This document shows, piece after piece, positions 40,596 to 50,565 of a stretch of DNA of 64,000 nt. Below the pieces are notes generated by a model. That model was not told the DNA's origin, searched no databases, and saw only the letters and a program-made list of their open reading frames with translations. The stretch's first letter is position 1, and each line of letters begins with the position of its first letter. Source of the stretch: Bdellovibrionales bacterium (GTDB lineage: Bacteria; Bdellovibrionota; Bdellovibrionia; Bdellovibrionales; UBA1609); NCBI GenBank assembly GCA_965261545.1, contig CBDHDF010000011.1, positions 448,001 to 512,000 of the forward strand, read 5' to 3'. The position numbers and the translations under genes are program-made.

Positions 40596-41864
40596 TCACT
40601 CTTGCTCCCCATCGATAATGGTCCAGCCCTTTCCCTTTAAGCTTGTACGAGCTGATGCAGCACTGGAGTTATATTTTAATGTGCCCACATTAATTGTATT
40701 ATGTCTTGTTGTAGGTGTGCTTTTGTTGAATTGTATTAGAAATTTTGAATAATTTTCAATGGATAAAGATGAATTTCTAAGGAAACCACTTTGGTTGGAA
40801 ATGTTCGAAAAGTTCCACTTACTTACATCTGGGTTTGCTTGGGTTGCATTGTCAAACATATATTCCATATTTGTGACCTTAGAAATATCCCACTTACTTA
40901 CATCTGGGTTCGCTTGGGTTGCATAATAAAACATATCCTGCATATGTATGACATTGGAAGTATCCCACTCACTTGTATCTGGGTTTGCTTGGGTTGCATC
41001 AAAAAACATAGCTCTCATATCTGTGACCTTGGAAGTATTTCCTCCAAAGACTGTTTTGAGCAAAGAATTGTCTTCAAAAGCATAAGACAAATCTTTCCAT
41101 CCTACATTTCCAAGATCGTTCACCTGAAGTAAACTATCTTTTGAAGAATCCACGTTATTTTGGAATCCCTCACAAAGTCCCATAATTGTGACTGTATACA
41201 CGTTATCGATAAAGTAGGTATGTACCTTATCGGGATCATCAAAAGACGTCACTTCACTGACACCACTGTTATCTCCCCAATCCACAATAAAATCATATTT
41301 TAAATTTGGTTTAAGGGGAAGGGTGAATTTATCTTTACTATCGATAGACCATACTGTTACAAAATGATGGATATCATTGACGACAGCAACACTTTGTGTG
41401 TCCTCTCCATGTGTCACTGTGACCATGATTTCGTCTGATGTTGCTTGGCTCACATCGAAAGCTCCTGTAAAGACATTGGAACTACAAGGCACTTCTACAG
41501 AAGTGATTTGAGGTTCTCCAACAATCACCGACACGTTTCCATTCATATTTGAATCACAGATTCCTTGTATCGTGTAGGACCTTGAATTGGATGAATGAAG
41601 GGAGGCCAATGGTTCATTGATACTTAGTGTGGGGCGCTCACTCGGTATCGGGTTGGAGTTCGACGTGGGAGCCGTGTTTGATGTAGGAGTGGTGCTCGAC
41701 GTGGGAGCCGTGTTCGACGTAGGAGTGGTGCTCGAAGTAGGAGAGGTAACAATACTTTCTTGATTTTGCTTGTCGCTATCGTTCTTCTTGCAACCGATAA
41801 GGATTGTCAAAGATAAGGTGATTAAAATTTCATGGATTGTCTTCATTTTTTTGTTGTTTCTCAT
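40596..41864 (-). CDS. DUF285/BspA-like repeat surface lipoprotein
   Basis: Lipobox-like LIGC, Thr/Ser/Pro linker, FIVDWGD domain, 25-aa repeats WDxSxVTxMxxMF. Confidence 0.85.
   Translation of the reverse strand: MRNNKKMKTIHEILITLSLTILIGCKKNDSDKQNQESIVTSPTSSTTPTSNTAPTSSTTPTSNTAPTSNSNPIPSERPTLSINEPLASLHSSNSRSYTIQGICDSNMNGNVSVIVGEPQITSVEVPCSSNVFTGAFDVSQATSDEIMVTVTHGEDTQSVAVVNDIHHFVTVWSIDSKDKFTLPLKPNLKYDFIVDWGDNSGVSEVTSFDDPDKVHTYFIDNVYTVTIMGLCEGFQNNVDSSKDSLLQVNDLGNVGWKDLSYAFEDNSLLKTVFGGNTSKVTDMRAMFFDATQANPDTSEWDTSNVIHMQDMFYYATQANPDVSKWDISKVTNMEYMFDNATQANPDVSKWNFSNISNQSGFLRNSSLSIENYSKFLIQFNKSTPTTRHNTINVGTLKYNSSAASARTSLKGKGWTIIDGEQE
40815..41040 (-). repeat. 75-bp coding tandem repeats (DUF285-like units)
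   Basis: ATCTGGGTTYGCTTGGGTTGCAT recurs three times with period 75. Confidence 0.85.
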
Positions 41865-42359
41865 TTTCTACCTTGATCTTCAAAGAAGGAACTTGTTCCG
41901 TTACTACTTCTACTAAATAGTTCGGTAAATTGTTTGGTTGAGTGAAGTCAAAGGGGTGTGCTAATAATATACTGTAGAAATTACCGTCCTTTAGTCTAAC
42001 TTAATACTATCAGTTTAAGAAGAATCTACCCACAAGATTGACTCTGCAAGTGCTTTGTATTGAACTTTTAAGGGATTGATGAAAATTTTAAGGCCTTAAA
42101 CCGACAGTGTCGAGCTCAACCTATGACTAAATGCTGATTGAAGAGGGCACAAATTGACGCTGTGGGTATATAATCTACAGTATATCGTTAGCACACCCAG
42201 TCAAAGTATGATGATTTAAGATGAGAAATATGCATAGTAATTTCATTCTAGTACGATTTTTTCCCAAGAAATACGAATCGCCAACAATCAAATAACCAAT
42301 GGAGCAAACCATAACTACACACAACACAACACAACACAATACAATGAAAAGGAGTACAT

Positions 42360-43079
42360 ATGTTTTTTAAGGTAAATATTTTTGGCACCAATATTTTCAT
42401 GATTCTGATCTTTTATATTTCCATCGTTTCTCCACCGGCTTATGCCATTGTTGGGGATTTGGGTGCCGGCTGGGCGCAGGTTCCCTACTTGGTCAAGATA
42501 TTGGATGAGAACCATAAACGCTACCAACAACTCAAGAGGATGATGGATCAATCCCAGAATTCCAGTGACTACCTCCGAGGTATTCACTATGGAATTGAAA
42601 ATATCACGGGACTCATGAGCAGCTTGCCGCTTAAGGATCAGGGAATTCTCAGTGATCTCCGTAGTTTTAATAACTCCATTGAGACGGTTTACCAAGTTTA
42701 TGGCAAGATTCCCAAATCTCCGGAAGAGGCTTTTCACAGGCTTCACGATGAAAGTATCGCTGAATCCCTTATGATGATTGCATCATCCAAGGATTACTCC
42801 AGATCACAGGAGGCAAATTCAAACTCACTCATACAGCAAGCATCTTCATCTTCCCCCAAAGGAGCTGCTAGAGCTACAGCCGTTTCCAATGCCATGATTC
42901 TTGAAAGTATGAGCCAATTGATTCGTCTTCAGAGTCAAAGCCTCAAACTTCAAAGTGAAATGCTGGCTATGAGAAACAAGAAGGAAAAGTCCAGTGTGAG
43001 GTCCTATCAGAAGGTGTCTCAACAATTGAGATCATCTCTTCAGAAGATATCAAGGTCCGATAGGTTCATAAAGTTTTAA
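42360..43079 (+). CDS. VirB5/TrbJ-like secreted helical protein
   Basis: Signal peptide, Gln-rich helices, immediately before a VirB6-like gene. Confidence 0.55.
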   Translation: MFFKVNIFGTNIFMILIFYISIVSPPAYAIVGDLGAGWAQVPYLVKILDENHKRYQQLKRMMDQSQNSSDYLRGIHYGIENITGLMSSLPLKDQGILSDLRSFNNSIETVYQVYGKIPKSPEEAFHRLHDESIAESLMMIASSKDYSRSQEANSNSLIQQASSSSPKGAARATAVSNAMILESMSQLIRLQSQSLKLQSEMLAMRNKKEKSSVRSYQKVSQQLRSSLQKISRSDRFIKF

Positions 43080-44168
43080 ATGTTTGGTTCACTTGCGGGT
43101 ATTGCTAAGGATATTCGGGTAGAAATTTTAGAAATTTATTGGATTCTTTTGATTCCACTTGTTCTCTTACTTGTTATTATGGAGTCTCTTAAAGGGTCTG
43201 GTAACACCGTAGATGTGTTCGATATTCTAAGGCGTGTTGTGGTGTCCATGATTATGCTGTTTTCCCTTGATTACACCATCCATATGATCGGCATGGTGGG
43301 TGATGGTGTGATCGGGAAAATAGATAAGATTGCCAATGTGTGGGAGGTGCTCACTCACCTTGGCCCCAAGGAAAAGGACCTTTCTGGGGGGCTCTTTGAT
43401 TTGAGGGGGCATATTTTATATATCTTCTCTTTGATTTCTTACATTGTCGCCCTTTTGGGTTTCTTTGTGGCCGAAGCTCTCACTCACTTTGTGTGGGTGG
43501 TGTTATTTACCATTTCTCCGTTAATGATTCTTGCCTATGTTCCGAAGTCCACATCCCATATAACGGTTAACTTGTACAAGGGGCTTATCAAAGTAGTGAT
43601 CTGGAAGATCTTATGGACTGTGCTTGGAGTTTTACTTCTTAAATTGGCCATGAGTCCTCAGTTTCATAGCATGGAAGACTTTATTATGTCCATTGTCCTC
43701 AATTTGTGCATTGGACTCAGCATGCTCTTTATTCCCATTGCCACAAGGTCTTTGATTAATGATGGCTTAGAAAGCGCGGCGTCTGCTCTAGCTTCAGCCC
43801 CAGCCATGGCCACAGTGACGGCAGCTAAATTTTATGCCCAAAAATTTGCCAAGCAGGGAATGATTCATACCCTTGGAGCTGGACAGTCTCTAGGGCAATT
43901 TATGGCTAAACCCCTGTCAAGAACCCTTCTTGCAAAGCCAATGGTGGGGCCATGGATGAGACCACTGGCCAACCGAATGGAGAGAATGGCTAAGAAGACA
44001 AATCCTAATAGGGGCGTCAGTGCTAATTTTAATATGAGTACTCCTGCCAATATCAATGCTTCGGCAGAAGAAAGGGCTCAACTTCAGACACACGTCACAA
44101 AACAAGAAGGCATAGAGAGAAAGCAACCACCACCACCTTACATTGATAAAGGGAGACCCCAAGAATGA
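43080..44168 (+). CDS. VirB6/TrbL-like polytopic membrane protein
   Basis: About 6 TM helices, ISPLMIL motif, T4SS context. Confidence 0.65.
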   Translation: MFGSLAGIAKDIRVEILEIYWILLIPLVLLLVIMESLKGSGNTVDVFDILRRVVVSMIMLFSLDYTIHMIGMVGDGVIGKIDKIANVWEVLTHLGPKEKDLSGGLFDLRGHILYIFSLISYIVALLGFFVAEALTHFVWVVLFTISPLMILAYVPKSTSHITVNLYKGLIKVVIWKILWTVLGVLLLKLAMSPQFHSMEDFIMSIVLNLCIGLSMLFIPIATRSLINDGLESAASALASAPAMATVTAAKFYAQKFAKQGMIHTLGAGQSLGQFMAKPLSRTLLAKPMVGPWMRPLANRMERMAKKTNPNRGVSANFNMSTPANINASAEERAQLQTHVTKQEGIERKQPPPPYIDKGRPQE

Positions 44169-44466
44169 TGATCGAAGTTATCATAGAAAAAACCTGTCAG
44201 GATATGGAGTGCAAAATGAAAAGAGCTATAGAGAGAAATCGGGGGAAGCTTGTGGGGACAAAGGGGACAAATGAAGGAAAGTTTGTAGAGAAAAGTTTAG
44301 AAAGAAGCATAAAGACAGACAACAGGAAAATCATGGGGAGAAGCACCGTGAGAGATACTAAGAAATGTACTGGGAAGTGTGTTGAGAGAAGTGCATACAG
44401 AAGTACTAGAAAATTCATGAAAGCATTTGCAGAAAATATCATGAATATTATGAAAATAGGTCTACC

Positions 44467-45039
44467 ATGAGTTCATCCACAGCCATGAGTGCGTGGAAAG
44501 ATATTCATTCTCTATTAAGAACGCATAAGCTTATCAATCTTGGATTGATAGTCATTTGTATTATGCAGGCATTGACAATCGCTCTTCTATATTTGGATGA
44601 CCCTATTGTGGTTATCAAGGAAGGGCGAAAGAAGAGTTATTTGCGAGCCCAAAGGGCTCGTATACCTCTTTCGGAAGAGGATATCAAGAATTTTGTGGAG
44701 GACTTCTTACGCATCCGCTACGAATGGGAGGCCCTTCATCCCAAAGCCATGAGAACAAGCCTCAGCCCTTTGGTGACTGATGGTTTGAATAAGAAGATTT
44801 TTAAATTCCTCGTTCATCTCAAAGAAAATGACTTTAAGGATAAGAAAATATCTCAAGTCATTGTCAACCTCTCTGTGACTGTCACAGAAACAGAGGTGGT
44901 GGCACAATTTGACAAGCTCCTCAGAGTCGAGGGTCTGCCTATACCTGTTCCCACGAGGATCTCCCTAAAACTGATCCAAGATAAATCCAACGCTTGGAAC
45001 CCCATGGGCCTTCTCGTCAATCAAATGTTAGAACATTAA
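44467..45039 (+). CDS. VirB8-like protein
   Basis: Single N-terminal TM, FVEDFLRIRYEW helix, C-terminal NPMGL motif. Confidence 0.7.
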   Translation: MSSSTAMSAWKDIHSLLRTHKLINLGLIVICIMQALTIALLYLDDPIVVIKEGRKKSYLRAQRARIPLSEEDIKNFVEDFLRIRYEWEALHPKAMRTSLSPLVTDGLNKKIFKFLVHLKENDFKDKKISQVIVNLSVTVTETEVVAQFDKLLRVEGLPIPVPTRISLKLIQDKSNAWNPMGLLVNQMLEH

Positions 45040-45175
45040 TTTTATAGATATTGATTTTCATAGAGAAGAGGGGGCTCGATGAGATTAGGTTCCCAGATAT
45101 ACCCAAATTCTCTAGAAGCCAAGGTGGGCCAATGAAATTAGACCCCCTTGAAGCCCAAGGATGGGTGAACAATTG

Positions 45176-45961
45176 CTATGAATCTTGGCATGCTTCCTCG
45201 TCAAAAGTCAGGTCTTCAAAAATTACCCTGTACCACAAGTAGTAAAAACAAATGGAAACAGGTGTGGTGACAAAAATATAGGGTATAACCAGAAAAATGA
45301 AACAAATAAATCCAAAAATAGCGAATAAAATCAATCCGAAAGTAAAGGGTAGAGTATTTTTTAAAATACCTTGTAAGCTTTTAATAAAGGATTTCTTAAA
45401 ACCTATTTCCGGATTAAAATATAAAATGGGATAGATAAATATTAAAATAAAGTGAATCGAGCTAAGAATTAAATTAAAAAAAGAGTTGTAGATCATAGAC
45501 GCAAAGATAGATCCAGAAATAGATTCAGGAGATTTTATCACAAGATCAATCCGATAACCACAATAAAGAAGGAAAGAGACAGCTATCAGAGGAAGAAGTG
45601 GTTTCATGATTTTTTTATCCATCAGGTCAGCGAGAATTTTTTTCATTGAATAGGGTTCTCCCCTTTCCCAATGAAAGGAGCAGATTGTATAAACGATTGT
45701 GATGAGGCTCATAATTAGAGAAGTGATGATAACTTTAATGACTTCCACTAACCAGATTTCGTCTTCTGATAAAAAAGTAGACCACCCCAAAAAGGAATTT
45801 AAAGTAGTGTTTGTAATAAATAGAATGATAAGATCCAAAGATATATCAAGAAGGATGATAAAGGATAGAAGAAGAGAGAGTTTATAATTGACTGTGGCAA
45901 GATCCCAAGCTTTCCATAGTATCTTCCAACCCGTATTCATTGAAACTTTATTTATTTTCAT
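45176..45961 (-). CDS. hypothetical polytopic membrane protein
   Basis: 5-6 hydrophobic segments, AT-rich, antisense to the transfer genes. Confidence 0.7.
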   Translation of the reverse strand: MKINKVSMNTGWKILWKAWDLATVNYKLSLLLSFIILLDISLDLIILFITNTTLNSFLGWSTFLSEDEIWLVEVIKVIITSLIMSLITIVYTICSFHWERGEPYSMKKILADLMDKKIMKPLLPLIAVSFLLYCGYRIDLVIKSPESISGSIFASMIYNSFFNLILSSIHFILIFIYPILYFNPEIGFKKSFIKSLQGILKNTLPFTFGLILFAIFGFICFIFLVIPYIFVTTPVSICFYYLWYRVIFEDLTFDEEACQDS

Positions 45962-46029
45962 TTTGAATGACTTCCTGTGTAACGATTATTTATGTTATCT
46001 CTACCTTAAGAGTTGAAGATATGTATTTT

Positions 46030-46881
46030 TCAACAAAGAGAGTCAACAATTTCATGAACATTTTGTAAATAGCTGCGACCGAATAAATTGAGGTGGTTGA
46101 GAAGGTGGTAGAGTTGGTATATAGGGAGCCTTTGTTCGCTTCCTTCTTCTAGGGGCCACTCTTTTTCGTAGTTTTCATAAAAATCTGGGGAAAATCCTCC
46201 AAATAACTTACACATGGCCAATTCAGCTTCTCGATGACCATAGTAAGTGGCAGGGTCAATAAGGCAAACCTCTCCTTGGGAGTTCACAAGGTAGTTTCCT
46301 CTCCACAAGTCTCCATGGAGAAGGGACGAAGGCTCTGTGGTATCAAGTAAGTTGTGGATATTTGATTTGAGGGAAAGAACCTTTTCTTCCAATTGTTTTT
46401 CAATAGCTCCTTTCTGAACACCTTTAGAGATTTGATAGAGAAGGCGTTTTTCCCAAAAGAACTCAGCCCAAGGCAGCCCCTCTGGGTTGAGATTGATCTG
46501 AGGGGCCAGCCCCAAGAAATTATCTTCGACAAAGCCGCACTGGGGAGAGGTGTGACGATGCAGACAGGCTAGTTTGACTCCAAAATCAGAAAAGAAATTC
46601 TTTTTAGGGGGAGTTGGTTTCATAAAGTCTAGCAAAATAAAATACTCCGTTGCATGAACAACAGAGATTATATCAAGGGCTCCGGTCATTCTTAGTTCAT
46701 TCAAACCTCGTATCTCTTTGAGGAAGGCCGAATTTGCCTCATTTTTATGCTTGAGGAAGTATTTTTTTTGAGAGGTTTGGAGGAGACTTCCTCCAGACAA
46801 GGATTTTGAAGATTCAATTTTTACACCTAAGAAGTCACTGATTTCTTCAAGAAAATTCACCATAATTTTTAAACTCCCCAT
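46030..46881 (-). CDS. fructosamine kinase family protein
   Basis: YFLK, LACLH, PSSLLHGDLWRGN, IDPATYYGHREAELAM, LNHLNLFG. Confidence 0.9.
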   Translation of the reverse strand: MGSLKIMVNFLEEISDFLGVKIESSKSLSGGSLLQTSQKKYFLKHKNEANSAFLKEIRGLNELRMTGALDIISVVHATEYFILLDFMKPTPPKKNFFSDFGVKLACLHRHTSPQCGFVEDNFLGLAPQINLNPEGLPWAEFFWEKRLLYQISKGVQKGAIEKQLEEKVLSLKSNIHNLLDTTEPSSLLHGDLWRGNYLVNSQGEVCLIDPATYYGHREAELAMCKLFGGFSPDFYENYEKEWPLEEGSEQRLPIYQLYHLLNHLNLFGRSYLQNVHEIVDSLC

Positions 46882-46975
46882 CTAAAATCATAGAGATGAA
46901 TCATACAGATAATTTGATGTCTCTCATAACCAAATTATCGCATCAGACCAGAGAAAGGTCAAAGAAAGGATTTTT

Positions 46976-47926
46976 ATGAAAATGACTCATTTAACGACTT
47001 ATCGAATGACCCATGTGATTTACATGAATCATGTGATCCGTATGAACCATGTCACTCATATAATAATTCATTTTATTACTAATAAGATCAATAATATCAC
47101 TCATAATAAGAGGTGGGTCATTGACGCCTCAAGATTTCCTTTGGTTTTTATTTTAGTGCTCATTTTGATTTTTTCAGTCTCAACTGCCTTTTCAAACAAA
47201 ATCAGAACCATAAGAGTGAATGATAGGGAAATGTCTCGAATCCAGTTAAGAATGGGGCGGTCCTCCATTCTTCGCTTTTCTGAAACCCCAAGGAAGGCCG
47301 TCATTGGAAACCAAAATTACCACTCCATTGAGTTTATTGACAATGATCTCACGATCCAACCCTTGGACAAAGTGGAAACCAACCTCTTTGTCTACACTCC
47401 TTATCATACCTATGGTTTCTTGCTCGATGTATGTGACCACTGCCCATATGATGATTTCTTGCATGTCAAATGGAAGCCGAAACCTCTAAAGTTTTTGTCG
47501 GTGCTATCTCATCAGAAGAATCAAAAGGAAGGGGCAAAATCAAAAAAATTGATGCCAAGGTTCCATCCTATTGATATTGATTTAGTACTTCCCATAGGTC
47601 GCTCCCTTTTCGTTAAAATCATTCAAACGATGGTGGCTTCTAAGCCATCATTGCGATCACTACCATCATTGCGCATTATAGATATTCAGATCAAGAACAA
47701 AGGTGTTTCTCACAAAAACATTGAATCCCTCCAAATATGGGCCACAAGAAAGGGAAAACCTTTGAACCCTCAAAGCTATGTAGTGGGCAAAGATCATCTG
47801 AATAACCATGAGAGTTCCAAGGCAAGGCTCTTTATCTCTTCCAAGGAGAAGAAGGCTTTTACACTTCATGTCACCTGTGGAGATGAAAAAGGAAAAATCA
47901 TCATCCAAGGGAAGTACCTCCAATGA
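46976..47926 (+). CDS. VirB9/TrbG(TraK)-like protein (true start uncertain)
   Basis: Signal-like segment, then I.LRMGRSSILRF.E.P...VIG...IQP...TNLFVYT. Overlaps the VirB10-like gene. Confidence 0.65.
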   Translation: MKMTHLTTYRMTHVIYMNHVIRMNHVTHIIIHFITNKINNITHNKRWVIDASRFPLVFILVLILIFSVSTAFSNKIRTIRVNDREMSRIQLRMGRSSILRFSETPRKAVIGNQNYHSIEFIDNDLTIQPLDKVETNLFVYTPYHTYGFLLDVCDHCPYDDFLHVKWKPKPLKFLSVLSHQKNQKEGAKSKKLMPRFHPIDIDLVLPIGRSLFVKIIQTMVASKPSLRSLPSLRIIDIQIKNKGVSHKNIESLQIWATRKGKPLNPQSYVVGKDHLNNHESSKARLFISSKEKKAFTLHVTCGDEKGKIIIQGKYLQ

Positions 47927-49029
47927 AGGTTTTTCAGAAGGTTCTTCATAGGTTGGGTTCGCTTGTTATCAAAAAAGATGGGGGTAAGGATGTTCTTAAT
48001 CAAAGAAAAATCTCTATGGCTGTAAGCACAGTGGTCATTTTGGTTTTTTTCATGACTCTCTTTCTTAAGAGCTGCAAAGACTCCAGCAAATTGATGACAG
48101 TGAACAATGGGACGGCGAAGGCTCTTTTTGCACAGAACGAAAAAGCCCAATCACCCCATAATAAGTCAAGTCATGGCAATATTTCGGTTCATGCCAATAC
48201 GAATACCCATGGCACCAAAGGTTCTCCGGTTGTGAGCCAGCTACTCAAATCTTCGGAAAGCGAAAATTCTTCTACGAAAGGAGAAGAGTCTTCCACACAA
48301 GGGCAAAGGCCGAAAACCTTTCGAAGGGCCATTTCTCAAACAGAAAAAGCTCAAGCAGCGACCTCTCGAAAGCATCATTCTCCCCCTGCCAAGTCAGAAA
48401 CTTTTTCCATAAAGTACAAAGCCCCCCAAGTGATTCGTCGCAAAGTCAGTGAGGGAGGAGTTATGGGTCTTCCCCTAGGAACCCATATTAAGGGAAGGCT
48501 TCTTACTGCCATTGATACACGAGAGACCACACAACTCTACAAGGTGTTGCTTCCTGAAGGTGGGCAAGACAAAAACGGTAGCTTCATTCCTAGAAATTCA
48601 ATTCTCTTTGGAACAGTGAGGTATCCAGGACAGGGAAAAAAAGTTTTTATGGAATTTACAAAAATTCTTCTTCCAAATGGCAGAGAGGGGAAAATTCATG
48701 CCCAAGCACTCCATCCTAAAGATCAATCCCCAGGGCTTGTTGGTGATTTTCATGGTCAAGCCATGAAGAAAATTGCTTCCACATTGGGGCTTGGCGTTTT
48801 ATCTACCATGACCGAGACTTTGACCAAGAAGGAGTTCCATGGCCAAGGGGCTCACCTCACTCCTAGAGCGACAGCCAGAAATGCTTTTTATCAGGGAGTT
48901 TCCAAGGCCAGTCAAATGGAAGCCCAAAGGCGAGCGAATCACATGGGAAAGCAACCTGAATATGTCACCCTGCCAGCAGGGCAAAAAATAATCGTCAACC
49001 TCTTAACAACTTATTATGGTGAAAAATGA
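47923..49029 (+). CDS. VirB10/TrbI-like protein
   Basis: TM, disordered linker, LPLGTHIKGRLLTAIDT...IPRNSILFG...FTKILLPNG...GLVG. Confidence 0.75.
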   Translation: MKVFQKVLHRLGSLVIKKDGGKDVLNQRKISMAVSTVVILVFFMTLFLKSCKDSSKLMTVNNGTAKALFAQNEKAQSPHNKSSHGNISVHANTNTHGTKGSPVVSQLLKSSESENSSTKGEESSTQGQRPKTFRRAISQTEKAQAATSRKHHSPPAKSETFSIKYKAPQVIRRKVSEGGVMGLPLGTHIKGRLLTAIDTRETTQLYKVLLPEGGQDKNGSFIPRNSILFGTVRYPGQGKKVFMEFTKILLPNGREGKIHAQALHPKDQSPGLVGDFHGQAMKKIASTLGLGVLSTMTETLTKKEFHGQGAHLTPRATARNAFYQGVSKASQMEAQRRANHMGKQPEYVTLPAGQKIIVNLLTTYYGEK

Positions 49030-50561
49030 AAAAAAACTATAGTCATAAAAATCAGAAGGGAATTGAAGACTTTGTCATGGTTCTTGGACAAGGTGTTTTT
49101 ATTTTCTCTAAAATTTGTTGGTTTGGAATAAAAAGGGCTCGCGAGGAGAGTCTTGAAATGTTGCTTCGTTTTGCTGCTATAGCCAGTTTTTTGGCAGCTC
49201 TTATTCTTGGAGAACCCAATTATTTGCAGAATGTCATTGAATTTATATGGGGAGATCCACTTCATTTCTACTTCCATCTCTTTTTTACAATGAGTCCCAT
49301 GACTCAATATTGGGTTCTTTTGGGTTTCCTGACTGTCAGTGCACTTGCAGTCATGGGTTTTCCATATTTTCGGAGAAAGATGGCTTTTCAAAAAGCCATT
49401 GAAAGATCAGGACTCAAAACAGCCCTTGGTGAGGTTCCCCAAGTTAAATCTATCATCAGCGTGGGAGAACATCGTTCCAAGGTTATTGTTGAAACCCTCG
49501 GTGTGGGACTCAATAAGTTTGAAACTCAAAGAGACAGTCTCACAGCGGGCTTTCGCCAAACCATTGAGAGCATCATGCTCCACGAGGACAAGGGAAAGGT
49601 TGTGATTGATCTTTGTGAGTGCGATCTACCTAAGATGATTGGTTTTCACGAAATCTATGCCCATATCAAAGAGCCCTACTCCTTTATCATTGGTCAGAGT
49701 TTGAAAGGTCCTATGGTTCAGCCCCTTCGCTCTTTGCCTCACTTGCTCATCTCAGGGGCTACGGGAGGGGGTAAATCTATTTTCTTTCGCACCACCGTTC
49801 TTTCGCTTCTAAAAAGCTCACCCTATCTTCAGGTTTATCTTCTGGACCTCAAGCGTGGGGTTGAAGTCAAAGAATTTGAAGCCCTCCCCAATGTGACCAC
49901 TGCCAAGGATGAGAAGGAGGCCACACATATTTTACAGTCTCTTGTGGAAGAAATGCATCGGCGTTACCACTTTTTAGAAAGTCATGGTTATAAATGCATT
50001 GATCCGTCTAGGGATGAACTCGATTTGATTGTCGTGGGAATTGATGAGGCCGCAGCTCTTTTTGGAAATAAATCCAATGAACTGGCAAGAAAGCACATTG
50101 GCGAATTGGCAAGGCTTGCAAGGGCTTCAGGCATTCATCTTGTGCCCTCCACGCAAAAGCCTGTGAAAGATGCCATTGACACAGAGATATTGGACAATCT
50201 CACAGGGCGTATGACCTTTCGTATGGTGTCCTCAGCAGCATCCAATGTCGCCATGGGAGGGAATCTTGCCAAAAAACTCCCTGCCATTAAGGGGCGAGCC
50301 ATGTGGACCTATGGAAGTCATCACCAAGAAGTGCAAGCACCCTACATTGATGATGAATCACTCAAACAGGAGCTTGAGATTATCCAACAAGAATTCACCG
50401 ATGGTCTTCGCAGGAATTTCCAGCCTCTTTTGGGAAAATCTCGAAAATCGTCTATCACTAAGGCAAGGGAGAAGGGATGTGAGAAGAAAGTTCATGAAAG
50501 TAAAAAGGAGATTCATGGGAATGAGGAGAAGGATGTACAAACAAGTCGGAGGAATCTATAA
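49026..50561 (+). CDS. FtsK/SpoIIIE-type ATPase, probable TcpA-like coupling protein
   Basis: N-terminal TMs. PHLLISGATGGGKS, DLKRGVE, GIDEA, RLARASGIHL..STQKP. Confidence 0.85.
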   Translation: MKKNYSHKNQKGIEDFVMVLGQGVFIFSKICWFGIKRAREESLEMLLRFAAIASFLAALILGEPNYLQNVIEFIWGDPLHFYFHLFFTMSPMTQYWVLLGFLTVSALAVMGFPYFRRKMAFQKAIERSGLKTALGEVPQVKSIISVGEHRSKVIVETLGVGLNKFETQRDSLTAGFRQTIESIMLHEDKGKVVIDLCECDLPKMIGFHEIYAHIKEPYSFIIGQSLKGPMVQPLRSLPHLLISGATGGGKSIFFRTTVLSLLKSSPYLQVYLLDLKRGVEVKEFEALPNVTTAKDEKEATHILQSLVEEMHRRYHFLESHGYKCIDPSRDELDLIVVGIDEAAALFGNKSNELARKHIGELARLARASGIHLVPSTQKPVKDAIDTEILDNLTGRMTFRMVSSAASNVAMGGNLAKKLPAIKGRAMWTYGSHHQEVQAPYIDDESLKQELEIIQQEFTDGLRRNFQPLLGKSRKSSITKAREKGCEKKVHESKKEIHGNEEKDVQTSRRNL

Positions 50562-50565
50562 ATAA

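Noticed and set aside
40815..41745. 75-bp and 18-bp periodic repeats as a CRISPR array
   Set aside because: They are in-frame coding repeats of the lipoprotein with no unique spacers, and no cas genes are present.
44165..44470. 101-aa ORF as a T4SS component
   Set aside because: Low-complexity purine-rich sequence with no motif, more likely a repeat expansion.
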